64,000 nt of DNA from Microthyrium microscopicum (lineage: Eukaryota): assembly GCA_010405405.1 (NCBI GenBank), contig MU004231.1, positions 1,867,784 to 1,931,783 of the forward strand, read 5' to 3'. The notes beneath the pieces were generated by a model. It was given only the letters and a program-made list of their open reading frames with translations, did not search any database and was not told the DNA's origin. Both the position numbers and the translations under genes were made by a program. Below, one piece after another: positions 13,092 to 29,100 of this stretch; within the stretch, counting starts at the first letter, position 1; every line of letters begins with the position of its first letter.

Positions 13092-15368
13092 ATGGTCGCA
13101 ATACCTGCTACTCCCGAGTACGCTCTTCTTATTATTCCTCACGGTGTTGCCTGTCAAATTGTTATTGACACATTTCTTTAGGCTCTACGAGGAGGACATT
13201 CACACCGCTATAGATGCGCGAACGGAAACTCTCCAGGCACTTCGAGAGCTTGGGCCTCCTGATCTTGTCCATTTGACAAAGACTCCAGTCAAAGGCGCAC
13301 CAAAATGGGTACAGAAAATCGCATCATCTTCGCGACACAAGTGCTGATCAGTCGATTATTTAGCAAGGAATATACCACCACGTTACTGGTATTGACGCTT
13401 CTTCCTCAGCCAGTCTTGCTGCATACATCAATACCCTGACGTACAACGCGAATGATAAGACTACTAAGGTCACGTCTGGAGCTTACTGGTAAGAGCTCTG
13501 CCGAGAGCGAAGTCAAAGATTAACAGTCGTAGTTGTTATAATGCCTTCTCCCGCCTTGACATGCGCGTCCAGGTTCAGATCCCCGGCACTGTGGAGAGCT
13601 ATTGTATAGACGAACGTGGAGAAAAACGAGAAGCGACCGATGAGCTCTGGCTTGAAACATATCTTTGTGGCGTGCTCAGAGCGTTTTCCTACGCAGACGA
13701 CGGTTCTGGGGACACCATCAAGAAGATTGTCGGCGTGAGACGATTCAACCCCATTACTAGCACGGACGCGGAGCATAGATTCTTTGAGGCCGCAGAGCGT
13801 CTCTTCTTCAACGGCTGGCAACTAGGCTCGGATCCCGAAATACAAGTGCCGAACCTCGTCTCAAATCATCTCACAACCGGCCTGCTGCATTATATCAACA
13901 CAACCGGACGTTACACTTCTGGCATCAATCTATTCGAAAAGCTTAGATCGAAGGATCCAGAAATATCGTCACTCCTTGCTCGAGTGTACATTGCAGCTGA
14001 TGAGGAAGTCAAAGCCGTACAGCTTTTGCACGAAGCAATTGAAGATCTACCAATGGACTACTCCTTACTTGACTGTCAAGCCGAATTCCTCAATCGCAAG
14101 GGCCGCCCTGATCTAGCAGTTGAGATTGCGAAGCGCGCTGTTGTGTCTGCACCCAGTGAATTCGGTACATGGGCAAGATTGGCCGAGATTTATGTCAGCC
14201 TAGAACGATGGGATCTCGCTCTGCTAACACTCAATTCATGTCCAATGTTTACGTGGCAAGATAAGGATGCGCCACGCATGCCTGAACCGCTACGTTTCTC
14301 GCTTCCTATCATGGACGAGTCTCAATGCGATGAGATTGATGACCGATCAGCGTCCGAACCATTTGGAGGCGCTGTTGACCCCGGGCTTAGGAAGCTTCAC
14401 GCAGCAAGCTTCAAAGGTACTTTCCTCAAAGCATACATGCTACTCACAGATATCACAACCAAGATCGGATGGGACCAGCTATTGAAGATCAGAAGTCAGG
14501 TTTTTGTCATGGAAGAAGAATACCGCAACGAAAAGCAAAGTATACACACCTCACACAGCCGAAATCCCAGCACAACCGCTCTCCGCGGCCCTTCACCTGA
14601 GCCGAAATCCCAAACCAACGGTGCAGGCCATAAATCCGAAAGCGACAGCGACGATGAAGACTTTCATGCCGATGAAAAGACTCTCCACGAAGCCGCTGAA
14701 CACCAAGCTGACAAGGCTGTTGAAGAACCTCCAGCATCCAAAGACGCGGGTACTACTGTTCTTGGCCCTGACGGTACCGTTCCCGACCCTGTGCAGCCCA
14801 GTCGCCTACAAAACAAACGGCTATGTGAGCGCTGGCTAGACAACCTCTTCATGGTGCTATATGAGGATCTACGCGTATATACCATCTGGCGCACTGAAGC
14901 AGCACAGTACCGCCAACAACAGATCATGTACAAGAAGTCAGCCGAAGAGTGGGAAATCTTAGGCCAACTTGCAGAGCGACTACATCACTTTGAGGATGCG
15001 GTGGAGGCATGGCAGGCCTGTCTACAGATTCGATTCAGTCCCAACGCACTGAGAGGTGTGTTAAAGATGTATGAGAAGACTGGAGATGTGAGGATGATAA
15101 TAGGCGCGGTTATTCGACTCATTTGTTGGCAATATCGTTGGTATTCAGAGGTAAGCAGAAAAAATGTCTTGAAGATGGTACAGCGACTAACAAAACCTAG
15201 TTCTCACCGTCCCTTATATTCACGGTTAGAAAGCTCATTGAGGATGAAGGCGCAGTCAAAGTACGAAATATGGTACAGGCGACGACACTACCGCAAAAAG
15301 TCCGTGATTTAACTCATCAATACGCGAGTCTCTGTGATGCCTTTCATTCCTCGGGCACAGAGGGTTAG
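13092..15368 (+). CDS. BCH1: Exomer cargo adaptor, ChAPs family (Bch1/Bud7/Chs6-like), TPR-containing
   Basis: LGPPDLVHL, YCCYNAFSRLDMRV, ALLTLNSCPMF, KRLCERWLDNLFMVLYEDLR. Introns 13118-13181, 13309-13363, 13489-13533, 15151-15200. Confidence 0.9.
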
Positions 15369-15680
15369 GCGTCAATTGAGCGATCAGATACCACTATGTA
15401 GTTGTAATTCAGCATTCCAGCGAGTTGTGCAATATTTCCGCATCATCGCAATATCAACATTGTCAGGTTCGCCTCGCATCATCATTGCTGCCGAGAGTTT
15501 GAGTATGGAACTGATTTTTATTCCACAAAAGCTAGCAAAGCCCACGCCTATCAGTATGCCGTGATTTTGATCAGAACTCCACTGTCAGAGAAGTTCGAGC
15601 CTTCAAAAGCCCAAAGCTTCCCAAACAACAAAATGACACACCCAGCCTGCCCAGGAAACCCTTCCAACCAACACCGCAAT

Positions 15681-16299
15681 TTAACGGTACGATTTTTGGT
15701 ATCTTGCGCGCGCACCTGGACCACCAAACTTCTTTGGCTCACACCGACGGTTATCGGCGACAAGAAGCGTACGGTCGAACTGCACGAGCGCAGTCTTGAG
15801 CTGGTTCTTGGCGTGCTCGTCAACGTACTTTTGGTAGTACGCGATGATGGACTTGGCAATGGCTTGACGGACGGCGTAGATTTGCGATGTATGTCCACCA
15901 CCGGTTACGCGCACGCGGATATCGACTTGGGCTATTTTCCCGACATGTTAGTGAATGCTATCTCGAAAGTATGTCCGCCAGTATAATGGGCGTGTGTGGG
16001 GTTCGTACCGAATTTGTCAAGACCGAGGAGGAGGACGGGTTCGTAGACTTTGAATCGTAGGATCTCGGGTTGGACGAGGGAGAGAGGTTTTCCGTTGACC
16101 TTGATGAGACCTTTGCCGGCTTTGCAGTGTGCGACGGCTAGAAAATATATTATTAGTGGTAGTTCGTGGGCTAGATTCGGTGGGTTGGTCTTGCGTACCA
16201 GTGGCGGTCTTCTTCTTGCCGAACTGTGCGCTGTTAGTACTCAAATTGTTGGGGATTGGAAGAGTTGCATACGCATTGAACGCTCTGGACGGTCGACAT
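15681..16299 (-). CDS. RPS16: 40S ribosomal protein S16 (uS9)
   Basis: Exons 16299-16273, 16223-16199, 16137-16009, 15931-15681 give [23 protein letters not shown]...RARYQKSYR. Confidence 0.97.
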
Positions 16300-16563
16300 G
16301 TTGGCTGATGGTCGATCGAAAGAGTTGGAGTGGATTTAATGCGGGCGGATTCAATTGTGCAAGCGATGATGTTGGGAATTGAGGAAAATTGGTGTGTGAG
16401 GGTCCTTTCTTACTAAGACGCGGTCTGTGCGCGTGCACGGGCCATATCTCGAAGTCCGTCATCTCGACTATGATTTTCAACATTTATCGCAAAGGTAAGC
16501 TTACAGCCACCAACATTTCAAGTCCTTCAATATAAAATTCTACAAGCTGGCCATGACCAGGAT

Positions 16564-17631
16564 ATGGTTCAGCTGCTTGGTTTTGGCTCGAATGGCTCTG
16601 GCCAACTTGGAATAGGTCACCAAGACGATGTCTCAAGCCCAACAACCGCACGTCTTGAGCTAAAGCACCATCAGAGCATCAAGAAAATTGTCGCTGGTGG
16701 CAAACATACTCTTGTACTTTCGGATGATGGAGTACTGCTTCGCGCTGGCTCGCAAACACCTGGTTGTCGCTTTGTAAACTTCGGAAATATCAACAATGAA
16801 CCTATTCAAAAGCACGACTGTTCTACCTTGACGTCTGAAAATGGCACTGGTCTTCTTCGTTACATAGACTGTGCAGCCACTTGGGAAGGATCAGTTGGCG
16901 TTCTTGAAGATGGGACTGTTGAATCTTCTGGAGTTGGCCGCAAAGGAGAACTCGGACTTGGAATAGGCGTAACCACAGCCAATGATGCAAAAGTCATACC
17001 CAGTTTTCCTCCAGACGGGACAATCGTCGTCGATATCTCCGCAAGCATGAGTCACGTAGTAGCTATTCTCTCCAATGGTCACGTCTATGGATGGGGGGCA
17101 GGCCGAAAAGGTCAACTCGGTGTACCAGGGATATTTTGGAAACCACGGCGAATCACAGAAGTGCAGTTTCGAGCAACAAGAGCAGTGTGTGGTAAGGATT
17201 TTACATTCATTGTAGGCGATCCTCAGCATGGAGAACATATGATTCTTGGCTCAGACAAGTGGTTTGTGATTACGAACAAGCCCTCCGTCCTTCCTCCTTG
17301 GAAGGACATTGGCGCTAGCTGGGGATCTATTTATGTTCTTCTCGAGACTGGTGAAGTCCTATCATGGGGCCGAAACGATCATAAACAGCTCTGTCCACCT
17401 GGCTTTCCTCCAGTGGCTAAAGTCGCTGTTGGTAGTGAACATGCTATATGCTTAACAGAGTCAGGCAAAGTTATTGCTTGGGGCTGGGGTGAGCATGGCA
17501 ATTGCGGTCCGATTCCTACAGACTTTGGGCATGATTCGCCCGGTTTTGAGATAAAGTATGCTGGAAAAGTTATGCTGCTTGGAGCTGGGTGTGCAACCAG
17601 CTGGATGGTTGTATCCAATTTGGTGCCATGA
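16564..17631 (+). CDS. ATS1: RCC1/BLIP-II repeat protein, Ats1/Kti13-like
   Basis: 355-aa ORF with RCC1 repeats GSNGSGQLG, GWGAGRKGQLG, WGRNDHKQL, GWGEHGNCG. Confidence 0.8.
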   Translation: MVQLLGFGSNGSGQLGIGHQDDVSSPTTARLELKHHQSIKKIVAGGKHTLVLSDDGVLLRAGSQTPGCRFVNFGNINNEPIQKHDCSTLTSENGTGLLRYIDCAATWEGSVGVLEDGTVESSGVGRKGELGLGIGVTTANDAKVIPSFPPDGTIVVDISASMSHVVAILSNGHVYGWGAGRKGQLGVPGIFWKPRRITEVQFRATRAVCGKDFTFIVGDPQHGEHMILGSDKWFVITNKPSVLPPWKDIGASWGSIYVLLETGEVLSWGRNDHKQLCPPGFPPVAKVAVGSEHAICLTESGKVIAWGWGEHGNCGPIPTDFGHDSPGFEIKYAGKVMLLGAGCATSWMVVSNLVP

Positions 17632-17635
17632 GTAA

Positions 17636-19259
17636 TCACCATAGGCGTGGGATCTGGAAAAGTAAGTAAGTGTCATGGTAGCATTGCCCTGAGAAACTCA
17701 CATCGGACAGTCTTTGAGTGGGTGAAAGAGATATGGAAGCTTCTTGGGACTCGTCTGGTCCAGTTTCTGGAACCTCTTCTTTACGCTTCGTGGCCGCCGC
17801 GGCAGCCCTGGCCTCCTGTTCACGTATCTGCCGGGAGAACAGCGATTCCTAGAACGATCAGTAAAGGCACAACAAGTTTTGTGAGAACGCTCTCAAGACA
17901 TACCGTTTCCTCGCTCGCGTCCCAGCCAAGAGACTCTTCTGCATTGTCATAAGACGGAGGGTCCCAATTACGATCATCATTCTCCATGGGTACGAACAGT
18001 GGCTCGTCTTGATTATCTCGAGAGGTTTCCGCTGATCTGTCGGGCGCTGATGGCCTTCGTTTGCCCAGGGTTTTTGTGTTACGTCTACCCGATGGTGCTG
18101 GAGGAGGCGGCATGACTTTCGCTCGCGAAGGGGGCGGTTTCGATGCCCGTTCACTTTCACTTCTATGTCTGGTAGCTGCTCCTACTGGAGCGGGTTGGAT
18201 TGTTGTTCCACGATATTCCCCTGCGGTCGTGAGTGTGAATTGGCAGTTCATGGAGCCTTTGTTATAGGCAAATTGGAGTGGTCGACCTGGGCTGGTGTAG
18301 TATGCATGAAGAACTGTATCTATGGATTCGGCATGGAGTACGACGGCTCGGAAGTCTTTGACGCTCACCACGATATGAAGCTGTTCTTGGACGCTGAGCT
18401 TTTCGAAATCACCTCCGTTTAGGATGACTGTAGTTTTCAGCGGCATCTTGAGTATCTCTGCATTTGTTAGCAAGCTGATTCTGTGATTATTGACTGGTAA
18501 CACACCATTCTTCGCAGAGACTACCTTGGCTGTGAAGCTCAAGAATGTCATCTTTCCTTCTTCATAGAAAATGTCAAGCTGCTCGACCTTTTGGCTGAAA
18601 TAGGCCAGATTCTCTTTCAAAAACCCAGCTCTGATGGCCCATTTGTTTTCTGCAAGGTCTCGATCAAAAAGCGCCTGCATGATTTCCGCAGATTCGTATG
18701 TGAGACGGAAGGTTTTGATCACACCTGAACGCCGTGAGCTGAGGAATACTAAGATTTATTTCTTTCGTACCATTTGAGCATATGTTTCGTGCTATCATTC
18801 TGCATTTTGCTTCATCGTCATCCTCTTGAAAGGAAACTTCGCATCTCTCCGTAATGTTGCTGGATTTTGCGTCATTATTCCGAGACTTGAACACTGAGAG
18901 TAGTGCCTAACACTATCAGCATTCTGCATCCTACGAATAATTTCTCCTTACCTTGTTTGACATGCAACAAGTAAATCTACTGTCTAGATGCCCACCTTCA
19001 GCTTCAAACTCATACGCACTGAAGAAAGGTGTGTCCAAAGCAACAGCAGCGTGGGCTGACTTCGACAAGTTTAGAGCACTAAATGTAAGCTGCGGATTTC
19101 CTCGTTTTAGCTATGTTCCGAGATAAAATAAGGGGATAAACTTACGGAATCATCTTTGGCTTCTAATGAGACGGTATCGCTGAAACGTGCCAGACAGAGC
19201 AACGCGCCGTGGATGCTCGCCGATGCCTCGGGCGTGAGCGTGAATTTCAAGGTAACCAT
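17636..19259 (-). CDS. RAD9: 9-1-1 checkpoint clamp subunit Rad9/Ddc1
   Basis: MVTLKFTL..IHGALLCLARFSDTVSLEA, LTFSALNLSKSAHA, SVKDFRAVVLHAE, PGRPLQF, and a C-terminal PTQRLS tail. At least 5 introns; last exon 17653-17636. Confidence 0.9.
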
Positions 19260-19332
19260 GATGGCGGTGATCCCCAAGCGATGTTGATTCCTAGCTCTTC
19301 AATGGCCCTTCCGCAGCATGTTATTTCTATGG

Positions 19333-19482
19333 ACGCGAGGTTTGACAACAGATGCGATTTGAGTGAGAATGATGATTGTTGGGTAAGCAGTTGACATATG
19401 GCTTAACGCGTTGAGCGCTCAGACTCGTTGAGATTCAAGACAGTTTTGACTCTCATCTATCATGGATATCGGGATAACGCGT
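19333..19482. promoter_or_regulatory. MCB-like (ACGCGT) cell-cycle elements upstream of RAD9
   Basis: ACGCGT at 19406-19411 and 19477-19482, ACGCGA at 19333-19338. Confidence 0.55.
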
Positions 19483-20727
19483 GATGGACTTGAAATTCCA
19501 GGATTTGGACAAGTCGATGATGGAGCAAGGTTGGTGGGGAGGTTCGAGATCATTTTTGAGCATGAAAGCCTGCAAAACAAGCTCCCGTGAATGAACAGAA
19601 TGAATACTTTCAGGGTCGAATAGTCATCTTCGAGCAGAAACTCTTACGTTGCGCAACTGTTCCTCGTGCTCTTATCGCTTCATTCAAATTACTTGCTCCA
19701 AGAGTCCAATCATTCATCTAAAGCAAGGTGCTCGTATGGACTATCTGCAGCGGCTCAAACAGAGTCGCATCTTTGATACATAATGTAGCGGTACGTTATA
19801 CTCCAACATTTCAACACTTCAATTATTCTGGTCCAGGACTCTAAGCAATTGCCTTGTCACACAATATTTCCAAAAGCTAATCTTCAAATAATCCGAGTCA
19901 GTAATACTCCCAGCTAATAGAGCCTGCCCACAGCTTGTGTTCCATTTCCTGGCTCGACCTCCACTTCCTATCTATTGCGATAGCTACCATCTGCGTAAAA
20001 TTGCTGGTTTTCCATCAAATTTGCTGGGCGTTCCGGCGCCTTTTCGTCATGAAGTACCATGGGAGGGACCGTAGTTGATGGGAGCGCGCCGTCGACATGC
20101 TTTTATACCTTATAGCAAGCCATCGGCTGCTGAAGACAAGGGGACTAGCAGTACGCCAAAGTGTATTTTGCTGGTAGATGTCATCAACATCGTCGACCAC
20201 GTCTTTCAATGTCTCAAGATTTACAAATTGAAAACTGGAGGTTGCCTGCTGGTACCTGGCAACTAGACCGTTGCGAAGTTTGCTGCTTCAGCCTGCGGCT
20301 GAATGTAAGGAAGCCGGTCAGACATTTCCAAGTCTAAACAAAACTCGGGATCGGCACGAAATAATGATTTGATTTTCAAATGTCTTCTAAAGATGTGAAG
20401 TATATTGACGATAACAACTAACAAGAGTCCAAGACAGGAGCCTGAGGAGAAAAAGATATTTGTCTTGGCACTAAGTGATAGTCGCGCGCCTAGTGGCGGA
20501 ACTCGCGGTTGTAACTTCCCCCAGTGAATTAATTTTTTCTGCACCTTCTCCTTCTAAATCTCAGCACAACACCACTCACCACAAACCTTCTTCCCAACCC
20601 TTCCTCCTTCAAACTCTTCATCACATCATCTACCTTTTCCATCTACGGTTTCATCAACACTCTGACTGGACGCGCCCTTGTTATCACAAAGGCCCTTCCT
20701 ACTCGCACTCACTCACTGAAACCCTGA

Positions 20728-23167
<2,440 letters not shown>

Positions 23168-26100
23168 ACTCGCATTACCCTGCATCTCTCACAAAAATCA
23201 GTACCCCTATAGATCGGCGTTCCGGTGTCTCAAAAGAAATTGATAGACTTGTGTAAGTAGCTTGGTATAGCCGTCGACCTGACGATGAAGCCTACTTGGT
23301 TTCAAAAGTCCTTCTTTCATCACGGTAAGTTGGACGTGTTACTGTCATGGTCGAAGGCGTAGCTACTTTGTTTTGCTCGTTTATGGCACGATGGTGCGTT
23401 GCGGCTTGTGGAATCGGAAGATAGATTTTGCTTTTCAATTTTGTATCATAGGCGTTTTGTTGCCTTCTAGATAGCAGTCAATGCATTGCATGAGGTTCAA
23501 ATAATGATTATTCTCCAAATGTTTAGCTGCCGTAGCTCCTCGAAGCAGACCAAGAAACCTTGACTGTTCAACGGCCCAGAAGCCACGCTCTATAAAGCTT
23601 AAATTTCCATCCACTGGCTGAGCAGCTGAAATATCCATCCATAATCCCTGACGCAAGGTAGAATTTTTCGACCCTTCCACTGTTTGTGGCCATCCGTCTC
23701 CAACAATTCCAGTTTCTTTGTTTCCTTGGCATCCTGAAAGATCATCGGAGAAACGTTTCCTGAAAAACTCCTACGCGGTTCCGCGACTCATCAATGATCT
23801 TGTATTTGAATTTTAAGAAAAGATCAGCCTTCGTTTTCAGACTGGCTCTAAATGACACGATCAGAAACCTAATGTTGGCGGTGAATGACCAAGAAACTGT
23901 CCCAGGACTCCCAGCAGCTGGGAACGCTTCTAGCCTTGTAAAAAAGTTCTAGCACACATATTTGTGCATGTCCATATACATTAGTGTACGAACGCTACCT
24001 AGGAAAGTTTAGCTAGTATACTGTACCGGTAGTGACCGTCGAAGCATGCTTCTCGGTAGGCTTTAGCTCGTGGTTCAAGGTTATTGCATGCACATGAGCA
24101 CATCAGTTGCAGAATCTCATCCCGTTGAACCGTTGAATGGACCAAGAATATCTCGATATTGATGAGTAGAAGGTGGCCTCCTTACAATCGTATTCTGTGG
24201 GGGAAACGGACATGTAAAGAAGGCGCCGCACCTTCATGCTCTTCGTGCCATTTTGCGCAGGCTGACAGGTCATTGGGTAAAGCTTTCATGGGCCGTCCTG
24301 AGATGTCTTTTGAAGTAAAGACTTGGTGCATACATGTCAAGCAGGTGCTGTACATGTGAAGACAACAGAACCCCACATGCGGCCAGGAGTCGGACCAGGC
24401 GAGCTTGATCTGCCAAAAAGTTCTGCTTGCAGGTTTCCATCCATCGTTACATGGCGGGCTATTCTATTGGAGCAAGTCAGAAGGGCGGGAGGTTGGCAAA
24501 CCTGGAGTAAGGGCGTTCACCAGATGCAGCATCAGATGGAAAGATAATCGATAAGACTGGATGCAGCAAAGGCAGCCGACGTGGCGGTGTCCTTTCATTG
24601 CCCCACAGACGTGCAATATGCCGAGTATCCGGAAATAGGGAGTTGATGGGGAATAAGACCAGAAGAGACACTTTCAAGGTCATGAACTCATATCCTTGGC
24701 GATTTTCCCATAGGAGGCCGGTTGGGAAGTGAAATAATTAGAGTTAACAATATACTGGAGGTGTCAGACCTTCTCTCGCTGTCGCGATGCCATATCGTAC
24801 TATCGAAAGTTGAAACTTAACAGCAGGATTGTTGTCCCTTTCGTGGTCATGTTCTAGACTGCAAGACGCCACGAGAGTTACTCGCCTGTTGGCAGGAAAA
24901 TCCTATCACGGCCGAAAGAGTCTGTTGTAAGGCGTCATTGTACCAGCCAATTGAATTCCAGGTGGGCAAAAGGAATTTGGAGGGCACTAGGTTACTCCCT
25001 GTATAAAGTGGCTGAAAGAGCACGGCAAGTGGCCAGGAAATCGAACAGAGACCCCCGTAGATATCGATTTGTAAATTGATGTGGGAGGACTTGGTCCTTG
25101 CTGAGGATCTGGAGATTCTGCATTTGGAAGTGGGCCCGCTTTTTGGGCTGCTGCCCAGTGCATAGGAGGGACTGAGGGTGGTGATAGAAGAATGAACGAG
25201 GCAGAACTTTGGAAATCGTCAGGCAAAAAACGGAAAGATATTAGAGGGCTTCGGCGGACACGTAAGCAGATACTTCTCATGTTCTTGGCAGCAACATTCG
25301 GGAGATTGACATGTACCGCTTTGGGGTATAATTTTCTTCTCCGCCAGATGACCAGCGCATGGCGCATTGGACCTTCTTCTCGTGGGGTTGTAAACTCAAA
25401 TTTAGTCCATTTATCAACTGCCGACATAATCCGATCTTTTGATAATTGCGTCGGCGGCATCTGCGGTGGTTGTTGTAATTGTGCACGCATAAGACAACCG
25501 CTTGATTTTGCATTTCGGGTTTCGCTCTCTTTTGCTATGATATCAATACTCCTTGCCCACTCCTGAATCGCTTTCGCTGTCTGCGTTTAACCGAGCAAGG
25601 CTGGGCATGCCGTGATATCGATAGGCGGTCTGGCGGTGGAGGAACAGCTGTGACCAACACAATCAACGCCATCGCCGAAGCCCATCATGTCAAATGGCAA
25701 AGTTGAAAGACAAAGTGTTCTGACCATGCCAATCTTGGAAGACATTGGAATCCAGATCACCCAACTCGGAAGACTGGGAAGAAAATGCCTAACCGGAAAG
25801 CGCCTGTACCTGACAGATGCAGAACACTTTGGTACTGGCTTTTGCCCGTCGCACACAGCTGGAAGTCTGGCCTGTCGTTGAGCTTGAAATGCTCCTGTTT
25901 CTTGCCTCTACTCCGTAGCTGAGTCGATTGTTGATGTCACAGAACTGTCATCGCTGGGAGGAGTTGGAAAAGTATGGGCAGGCGGAGGCCCACACATGTG
26001 CAGGACAGAGCGCCATTGGACGATCGTATGCACCAAAAACAGTTCAGTTGGAACTTTAACTGTCAAAGTGGGTGGACTGGCAGTGATTGGAGGCCAATGG

Positions 26101-29100
26101 CGGAATGGCTGCCATCGGGAGTGGCCTCCAATCGGAAAAGTCAGCGAGTCAAGAAGCTAAGACGCTTGGTCGCTTTCCAAGTCAATCCTGTGAGGGGCTG
26201 CGTCGTCAATGGGTAGGGGGCGGTTTCTTTCTGCAAAGGGGGTGTCATTTTTGGATGCGCCTTGTACCGTGCTGTATTGCTCTCCAGGATTATCTTGCTT
26301 CCAACGCGGGCTTTCTCGCGGCTAGTTCGGAGTCCGGATAATCATTGCTACAGTGTGTCTGTGTTGAGTTTTTGATGAGCTGTGGCTACGGCTTCGACGG
26401 CGAGGCCACGCGATAGCCATCTTGCTCTGTCCTTGCTTGAGCAAAATGCAAATCACGCCACTTGGATGAGCTCATTTGTTTGTTCCATAGAGTTGTTTGT
26501 GGAAGGTGGTCGTTTCGCGGCTTTCGCCAAAGTTGCCCTCTCGCGTATTCAGCAGCTGCTTGCAAGCAAATAATGACGAGTCAGCGAGGGTTTGCTGCCT
26601 CCGCGACAAGCAAGCGAGGGGCTTGTTCCTCTCCGCCCTCGTCTACGCCTTTGATGATGGCCAAAGGAGGCGATGGTAGGCGCAGTTGTGCCGTCTGGAT
26701 GACTTGACTGAGCATTAATTGGTGGTGTACCCGTATTTTACAAGCCAATTGCGCTCTCACCTCAACAGCCCTCGCCAAAAAGTCATTGGTAACTGATCCG
26801 CGCAAATAAAGGAGTGGCGGGTAGTATGATCTGTGGTAACACAAGATCGAGAGGCATCTGGTGGTGACCTGTCAGATATTGGGAGCAGTTGGTCATCCTC
26901 GAGGCCGGGGCTTTGGGCAGATGTACCTAGTAAATCCTTCGGAAGGATTGGATGGTGAGGTTAGTATCAGACTTAGTGGTTTGTAGTCTCGTTCGCGACA
27001 AGGCCATTCCAACCGAAATCAGACGTCGCCGATTTTTAGCTCCAACGCCAATGAGTTTAATGCAACGACAACTCTCTTTCAGCCTGGTGGTCAATAAAAT
27101 CGTCCTACAGTGTTTAACTTCATTCCTTTGGCGGATTTTGGTCACCATGGATTTGGATCCATTATCACTCTGAGATACTTTCGCAAAAAATTGCCTGATC
27201 AGATGCCTACCGACTCTCGCATTCGCAGGCTCAGCCAGGTACATCAATACTCGCCGAAAATGCCCAAGATCCACGGAATTGTATGCCAACGACAAGGTCC
27301 AGCCTGATCAGCCATTTTGAGGAACATGCTCGCCCGTGATTTCTTACCCGTGCCTGACATTCCTCTTATGATTCAAGGCCTCTCCCAGGACGAACGGTCG
27401 TTTGAGGGATCTTGTCATAAAATATTCCGACCTTCATATTACAACTCGTGGAATCTTCCACCGTGCACCGAGAAAATTGTTTCCAAACGATCGCCCGGCA
27501 TGGACAAGGCCAGTACGGGGAAGCCGTTTATACCTTGAAAGCTCTCTACATGTATCCCACGAGTATCCCAGGAATATTGCAGGGGCCGCGTCACTGATAG
27601 TCCCTGCTTGCAGCAAACTCCCAGCTCTTTTGGAATCTTCTCTCCAGTTTAGGAAGTTCTATCAGATTGCGATTCATCGTGACAGCCTGGAAGCTCAAGG
27701 GTCCAAGCGAGAATAGCTTGCGAGCCACTCCTTTGGGACTGCGCGAAAAGCTTCTGCTGGCCATAAGAACATCGTTAGGACCAGCATCTAGACAGTGCAT
27801 GATCCATTGGATTACAGCTTGTTATATCTCTCTCTGGAATCTTTTGTGCATCGGATTTGACAACGCGGCCTCATACTATCACACTCGAGCTGCCTCGAAT
27901 CAGGTTGCGAAAAACCTCGATGGCCATCATACATGCCTTCTCAGCCGTTTGATAATTTTGCTTTCACAATTATCATTTGTGTTCTCAACTTGGGAGCTTC
28001 GATGGTAGAGCTTTCCTCATAGATCCAAAATTTACCTTTCAACACAGTCATCTGTCATTTCTCATATCATCAGCCATGAAATCCTGCTCGCTCTAAGGGG
28101 TTATGTGTCAAAATCGAGTAAAATGCCAAAGCAACTTCGGGAGTCTTGGTTGAAGATTGGTACTGACACCGTCACATGCCAAAATAATAGGCAGTTGCCA
28201 ATACTGCACACGCGCGATGCATGGCGAAATCATTGAGGCTGAAGATATCTCCACCAGCGGGAGCTAATTTGCGCTCGAAAGTGTTCATCGACGGGAGCTA
28301 AGTTGCTAATAATTGACCAAATTTGATGGAACCAATGCCTCGATCGTCTGGGCCTTTCTCGGTCCCAATTAGATAAAAAAATGACAACTATCTGTATCCT
28401 TTTCCAAAAACCTGTGTATAAGTTTTCAAGGTAAAAAAGAGTGAGAAATGGGTGGTTGCGCTGATGATAGTCAACCTTTTTAGATTGGTCATACGTCCCA
28501 CCCGGGTTTCAACCAGATATAACGACAACTTCTCTTTGAAATGATCACATTTCTCTACATTATTGAAAGCTAAGGTAATTAGATCTTTGCATCATAATCT
28601 TCAGTATAGATGAGTCGAATCGCCAACGAAGCCTATGATTTGGACATATCGGAATCTAGGTAGGGAACTGTCGGATGGTAACCGTCATCCGATAGCGATG
28701 TTGAACAAAAATAAAGAATCATGCTAGAGTTGTCTCAAGTGGTCAGGTTGCAGATATTTGCCTCGTGAATCAGTAAAGACTGGTAGGAAAAATTAGAACA
28801 ATACATAGAACCGTCAATAATGATACCTGATGACCCACGAGCAAAGACAGTATCGCTTTACGGTCCGAGTGTTGACGCATGCAGGGAGTATTTTGAAATC
28901 TTTTCGAACATAAAAAGTCAATAGTTGGTATCGTTTGGCAAGTCTATGGTTCATGGTACTCGATCATATGTCTTTACCATGAAGGCTCTATGAGTGACTC
29001 GTAGAAGTTTGTTTCATGGTTGATGGAGTTACAAACAAGCTACACCATTTATACTCGTGGCGGATACTCCCTACATACTAGTAGCTGTATGTGTCCGACG

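Noticed and set aside
19535..19560. GGTTCGA as a tRNA T-loop (also at 60721)
   Set aside because: No cloverleaf stems or A-box in the flanks.
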